The notes under the pieces are model-generated. The model did no database searches. It was not told the origin of the DNA and saw nothing but the letters and a program-made list of their open reading frames with translations. DNA of 39,734 nt from NCBI GenBank assembly GCA_022353185.1, contig JAKRWB010000159.1:1-39734 (forward strand). The letters run 5' to 3'. Numbering within the stretch: position 1 is the first letter of the stretch; each line of letters starts with the position of its first letter. Source of the DNA: ANME-2 cluster archaeon (GTDB lineage Archaea > Halobacteriota > Methanosarcinia > Methanosarcinales > Methanocomedenaceae). The position numbers were made by a program, and so were the translations under genes. Below, one piece after another: positions 35,570-39,734 of the stretch.

Positions 35570-37024
35570 TCACTCTTCTTCCAGTTCCTGATAAATCGTA
35601 CTGAACTGCTCCAACGCCGCCCCGAGGTTCTCTGTAATGTCCCTTGCAAGCACATCCGGGGGAGGCAGGTTCTCAGAATCTTCAAGGCTTTCATCCTTGA
35701 GCCAGAATATGTCAAGACTTGCCTTGTCCCGCTGCATGAGTTCGGCATAATCAAATACCCTGAACTGTGCGTTTTCCTTTCTGTCATGCCTGTTATTGGG
35801 ATTGTAGCATTTGATGAAATCCTTCAGGCTATCGTAGGCGAGCGGATTTGTCTTCAGGGTAAAATGCTGGTTGGTCCTTAAATCATATATCCATAACTTC
35901 TCGGTCCAGGGCTTCTCACTTGCCTGTTTGCGGTCAAAGAACAGCACGTTAGCTTTAACACCCTGGGCATAGAACACGCCTGTGGGCAGCCGCAGCAGTG
36001 TATGGACATCGCACTCGGCCAGCAGTTTCTTCCGCACGGTCTCGCCTGCGCCGCCCTCAAAGAGTACATTATCCGGCACCACAATGGCGGCTTTACCGTT
36101 GATCTTGAGCAGGGTCTTCACATGCTGGAGGAAGTTCAACTGCTTGTTCGAGGTGGTTGCCCAGAAGTCATCCCTGTCATAGGTCTGGGTGTTCTTGTCT
36201 GCTTTTCCATCGCCGTTGACAATGGTGTAGCTGCTCTTTTTGCCAAAGGGAGGATTGGTAAGCACCATGTCAAACCTGTCGCCTGGGTCTGAGATCAGTG
36301 CGTCCCCGGTTTTTATGGGGCTCGTTTCCCCGCCTATGCCATGCAGGTAGAGATTCATTGCGCACAGCCTGACCACATTATCGACTATGTCCCACCCTTT
36401 AAAGGTATTGAGTTTCAGGAATTGTTTCTGTTCTTTATCGATATCATAATGCGAAATATAATCGTGAGCGGCCAGCATGAAGCCGCCGGTACCGCAGGCC
36501 GGGTCGCAGATGGTCATGCCGGGTTCGGGTTTCATGACCTCGACGATGGCCTTTATGAGCGGCCTGGGTGTGAAATACTGGCCTGCGCCGCTTTTGGTGT
36601 CCTCTGCATTCTTCTGCAGCAGTCCTTCGTAGATATCGCCTTTGACATCAATGTCCAGTCCCAGCCAGGTTTCACCATTGATAAGTTCGATGAGCCGCCG
36701 CAGTTTTGCAGGGTCCTGTATCTTGTTCTGGGATTTCCTGAAGATGACACCAAGCATTCCGCTCTCTTTGGCCAGGGTTTCGAGCATGTGGCGGTAATGC
36801 ACTTCAAGCGCATCCCCATCTTTTTCACTGAGGCTTTGCCAGTCATAATTTGCGGGAATGATTGATTCTTTGTGAAAGGGCGGTCTGGTCTGTTCATCAG
36901 CCATTTTCAGGAAGACGAGATAGGTCAATTGCTCCACATAATCGCCGTAGCTCACGCCGTCGTCACGGAGTACGTTGCAGTAGTTCCAGAGGCGCTGGAC
37001 AATGGTTGCAGATTCGTTGTTCAT
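35570..37024 (-). CDS. hsdM: Type I restriction-modification system methyltransferase subunit HsdM
   Basis: The 484-aa ORF has the HsdM N-terminal domain (LWNYCNVLRDDG..Y.EQLTYLVFLKM), SAM motif I (DPACGTGGFM) and catalytic motif IV (NPPFG). Confidence 0.93.
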   Translation of the reverse strand: MNNESATIVQRLWNYCNVLRDDGVSYGDYVEQLTYLVFLKMADEQTRPPFHKESIIPANYDWQSLSEKDGDALEVHYRHMLETLAKESGMLGVIFRKSQNKIQDPAKLRRLIELINGETWLGLDIDVKGDIYEGLLQKNAEDTKSGAGQYFTPRPLIKAIVEVMKPEPGMTICDPACGTGGFMLAAHDYISHYDIDKEQKQFLKLNTFKGWDIVDNVVRLCAMNLYLHGIGGETSPIKTGDALISDPGDRFDMVLTNPPFGKKSSYTIVNGDGKADKNTQTYDRDDFWATTSNKQLNFLQHVKTLLKINGKAAIVVPDNVLFEGGAGETVRKKLLAECDVHTLLRLPTGVFYAQGVKANVLFFDRKQASEKPWTEKLWIYDLRTNQHFTLKTNPLAYDSLKDFIKCYNPNNRHDRKENAQFRVFDYAELMQRDKASLDIFWLKDESLEDSENLPPPDVLARDITENLGAALEQFSTIYQELEEE

Positions 37025-37039
37025 AGTTAAATCCGGGTG

Positions 37040-37366
37040 TTAAGCTGCGAACATTACTTTTCCACTTTTAGCAAATTCGGCTACAGGTGAGGTTTCATTT
37101 TCAAATTCTTCAGATGTAAGGGTGATAATATCCAGGGGGACCATGAATTTTCGAATTGTTTTTATCTCAGCATCCTTTGTTAAACGGGCTCGTTCAAAAA
37201 TATCTTTGTTCTTAAAATCATCCGATATTATCAATATATCTACATCACTATTATCAGTTGTTTCAGTAGCCTGTGAACCAAATAAGATGATTTTCGAGAT
37301 ATTTAGTCTATTCTCTTTCAAGCATTGCTCCAAGAATTTAATTACCTTTTCAATATTATTATACAT
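37040..37366 (-). CDS. Minimal nucleotidyltransferase (MNT-type antitoxin-like), with no HEPN partner in sight
   Basis: The 108-aa ORF contains LFGSQATETTDNSDVDILIISD, the GS..(n)..D.D polymerase-beta-fold NTase motif. Confidence 0.8.
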   Translation of the reverse strand: MYNNIEKVIKFLEQCLKENRLNISKIILFGSQATETTDNSDVDILIISDDFKNKDIFERARLTKDAEIKTIRKFMVPLDIITLTSEEFENETSPVAEFAKSGKVMFAA

Positions 37367-37392
37367 AAACTCAATTGATACATTTGTTGATT

Positions 37393-38583
37393 TTAGAACG
37401 ATGACAACAATGTCTGTTTTCGTGACACGTCTTTTTTCATTTTTGCGATTTTTTTATAATCTTCTTTTTTTACTTGATCCTTACTGGAAAGATATTCCAA
37501 AGCTCTTTGGTCATCGATAATTTTCCTTAGTCGAATGGATTCTAATCCTATTTGCTCTAAATTAAAACTTTTTTGAAGAATTTTTACATCTAAGTCTTCA
37601 TTTGTGAAAGAATCCATTTTAATAATCGAATCATCTGGATAGATTTCTTGAATTTCATTTGGGGTTAATTTGTAATATCCGTAATCTGCTTTATTAAATA
37701 ACCTCAGTTTATTTTCTTCACGATTTTGTAATTTCTCAAAAAACTCTTTAGGCCCTTTTAACGGTTTATGTTTTTCACCTATACTATCAAAACCGAGACC
37801 GAAAGATAGAATGTCTTTTGCACCTACTACATTCGCATCTTTATTGAATCTTCCTTGATTTGCATTTATTGAATGAATAAAACTATTTTCCAAAAGATCA
37901 TGTTCTTTTAATGAACGCATGAAACTTCTAATGGTCTGACGCATACTCAAAGGAGTTTTCCCATCAAAATCAAATACAAAAGCATCAATCTCTTTTTTTG
38001 CGTAGAAATCAACAATATCAGGTATGAATAACAGTGATGGTGGGACTATACCAATAATAGGTTTATGGTTCAATGTTTCGATTATTTCAATCGATTCTTC
38101 TAAAAATGATGTATATTTTTCAAATTCACCTTCTGAATTGATTCGTTGAGGGAGTTTGGGGATAATTGGTAATGGCGTAATATCAGAATATTCATAAGCA
38201 GTGTCAAGAATGAATTCTAATGGTTTTTTTTCTGGATATTTTATATCATCGTATTCAATAAAAAGAATGTTAATTTCTTTATCAGTATTTGTTTTTCGGG
38301 TTAAAGAATTTAGTTCATAATTGAGTTTGTCTAATTTATCAGGAATATTTAAAACGCTATAGATTGAGTTCTTAGTTAAATCTTTACTAAGAGAGAATCT
38401 TTTGTATAACTCATTTATTCCTTTTGTCTTATCATTAAAAAGTAGTTTTGAATTTGTTTTTGATAAATTCAATGATTTCGTTGGTGTTGTTAGTTTTTTC
38501 CCGTTTATGCGAAGGTCTTTTGTAACATATAACGAGTCATCATCTGGAGAAATCCTTTCGAACTCAATATGTTTAGACATCAT
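37393..38583 (-). CDS. Unassigned 396-aa protein; weak collinear tRNA-guanine transglycosylase-like motifs (hypothesis)
   Basis: This is a long uninterrupted ORF in an AT-rich region. The protein is Cys- and Trp-free. The motifs are INGKKLTTP (aa 26-34), IEYDD (109-113), IIGIVPPSLL (176-185) and GLGFDS (262-267). See the findings. Confidence 0.75.
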   Translation of the reverse strand: MMSKHIEFERISPDDDSLYVTKDLRINGKKLTTPTKSLNLSKTNSKLLFNDKTKGINELYKRFSLSKDLTKNSIYSVLNIPDKLDKLNYELNSLTRKTNTDKEINILFIEYDDIKYPEKKPLEFILDTAYEYSDITPLPIIPKLPQRINSEGEFEKYTSFLEESIEIIETLNHKPIIGIVPPSLLFIPDIVDFYAKKEIDAFVFDFDGKTPLSMRQTIRSFMRSLKEHDLLENSFIHSINANQGRFNKDANVVGAKDILSFGLGFDSIGEKHKPLKGPKEFFEKLQNREENKLRLFNKADYGYYKLTPNEIQEIYPDDSIIKMDSFTNEDLDVKILQKSFNLEQIGLESIRLRKIIDDQRALEYLSSKDQVKKEDYKKIAKMKKDVSRKQTLLSSF

Positions 38584-38626
38584 TTATCCTTTTATTTTTA
38601 ATAAATAAAAAACTAATGCATTTATT

Positions 38627-39112
38627 TCAAAAAGATTTATTCATTCTGAATCTTGAAGAAGACAATTTATTGAGTAGTTTGTCTCGTTTATCTTTGGTGA
38701 TTGCCTGTTTCTTTAGCAGCAATTCAATTAAGCCGATAGTCCCGGTAAAAACCACATTATGTTTTTCTGCGATTTGTCTCGCTTTTTTATCATCAATTAT
38801 ACAATAATTCTTATCGACGGATGAATCTAATTTTAACCACCATAAGATAACTTCAATTTCCCCATTTCCTAGATAGGGATATCTATTCTTGAAATGAAAA
38901 ATATCTATTTCAGGCAAACTGGCCAGTATTTCGATATTCCCATTCGCCATATTCGATTTTAAAGGATCTGAAGTCCTACCGTTTTCTATTTCCTTAAGTA
39001 CACTTCTTGGTATCTTCAACTCATATCCTAATTCTATGAATTTATGCAATATTTCTGGTTCATCAAGTTCAGTATAAAAAGCTATGACTGGGGATGAATC
39101 TAAAATTTTCAT
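38627..39112 (-). CDS. DUF3368-type PIN-like toxin
   Basis: The 161-aa ORF contains GNGEIEVILW...CIIDDKKARQIAEKHNVVFTGTIGLIELLLKK, matching the GE.E.I...DD..AR..A......GT.G.L pattern of DUF3368. Confidence 0.7.
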   Translation of the reverse strand: MKILDSSPVIAFYTELDEPEILHKFIELGYELKIPRSVLKEIENGRTSDPLKSNMANGNIEILASLPEIDIFHFKNRYPYLGNGEIEVILWWLKLDSSVDKNYCIIDDKKARQIAEKHNVVFTGTIGLIELLLKKQAITKDKRDKLLNKLSSSRFRMNKSF

Positions 39113-39123
39113 AATCAGAGTAC

Positions 39124-39711
39124 CTATGAATATATCTGAATCCCTTTCAGTTTAACTTCTCTAACAAAATCATCAATATTAGTTCCAGAGATTTCCAGGG
39201 CTTTCCCAAAACTAATCTTGTTTTTTGCATAGAGATTTAATGCAATATTTTTTCGTTTGGGCTGTATTTTATTAATCTTTATCGACTCTTCTGTCATTTC
39301 AGGATAAGTAAAATATATGAACCCGAGCAATTCATCTTCGGTCATATCATTCAGCATATCCTTGAAATCCTCTATCATTTCTTTTTCTTCGGTAGTGATA
39401 TTTTTGCCTATTATTTGTGCGATTTCCTTACCAAGACCAGTTAATTTTAGTTTATTTCCCTCTTTTACAACGACTCTTGCAGATTCAAGCTGTTCCAGTT
39501 CTTCATCTGCAGTTTCACTATAAGGTCCCATAAAATCAGCTTCAAAATCAGCATCATCTGCAAGTTCTTCATTGTTCTTGCATAAAAGAAAAAGTTCCTT
39601 TTGATACCAGAGTTTGCCTTTGATTGGCTCAAAATTGTTTGCACTCAGGAGTAACAAAGCGTATTTTTGAGTTTCAGTCAGGTTTTCAAATATTCTTTTC
39701 TTAATATCCAT
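39124..39711 (-). CDS. Fusion protein: Panacea/DUF4065-like N-terminal domain + UPF0175 HTH antitoxin C-terminal domain
   Basis: The 195-aa ORF has a C-terminus ALNLYAKNKISFGKALEISGTNIDDFVREVKLKGI, which fits the UPF0175 pattern, the usual partner of DUF3368. The N-terminus (WYQKELFLL...FEADFMGPYSETADEELEQL) resembles SocA/Panacea-type domains. It lies 11 nt upstream of the PIN gene. Confidence 0.65.
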   Translation of the reverse strand: MDIKKRIFENLTETQKYALLLLSANNFEPIKGKLWYQKELFLLCKNNEELADDADFEADFMGPYSETADEELEQLESARVVVKEGNKLKLTGLGKEIAQIIGKNITTEEKEMIEDFKDMLNDMTEDELLGFIYFTYPEMTEESIKINKIQPKRKNIALNLYAKNKISFGKALEISGTNIDDFVREVKLKGIQIYS

Positions 39712-39734
39712 TTTCGAATCTCTTTAAGCACATC

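Noticed and set aside
35485-35787. A 100-aa ORF overlapping the 3' end of hsdM in another frame.
   Set aside because: It is a shadow of the hsdM coding region plus the AT-rich spacer, and it has no motifs.

Overview
The gene content indicates an archaeal chromosome segment, most like Methanosarcinales. The evidence for this is a thermosome plus bacterial-type GrpE-DnaK-DnaJ and GroES-GroEL, Cdc6/Orc1, Hef, RNase Z, archaeal RNase P RNA and UPF0147/UPF0148 proteins. The housekeeping backbone has moderate GC. It includes a CcmAB-like ABC pair, nadX, a radical SAM gene, a chaperone cluster at 9.7-15.2 kb, rnz, cdc6 with an adjacent AT-rich replication origin carrying three ORB-like boxes, hef, a DEAD-box helicase, RNase P RNA and groES-groEL. 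Visibly AT-rich accessory islets interrupt this backbone. They are: a truncated type IIG R-M enzyme at the left edge, followed by a GC-rich repeat family that carries a nested MITE-like insertion; a NYN/LOTUS gene whose 5' end is tandemly duplicated; a DUF234-type ATPase-nuclease islet; a three-gene cassette bounded by a duplicated RNase P promoter and 5' segment; a vapBC cassette bounded by ~157-bp direct repeats that duplicate the 3' end of an NMD3-like gene; and, at the right edge, a five-gene co-directional block (Panacea-like/UPF0175 antitoxin, DUF3368 PIN toxin, an unassigned 396-aa protein, an orphan MNT nucleotidyltransferase, hsdM). The best candidate for something undescribed is the 396-aa Cys-free protein at 37393-38583. 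It shows collinear short motifs resembling tRNA-guanine transglycosylase (ArcTGT/DpdA superfamily), including both catalytic Asp contexts, and it sits inside a type I R-M/TA island. All calls come from reading the sequence and the ORF track by eye and from remembered family signatures. No database search was run.
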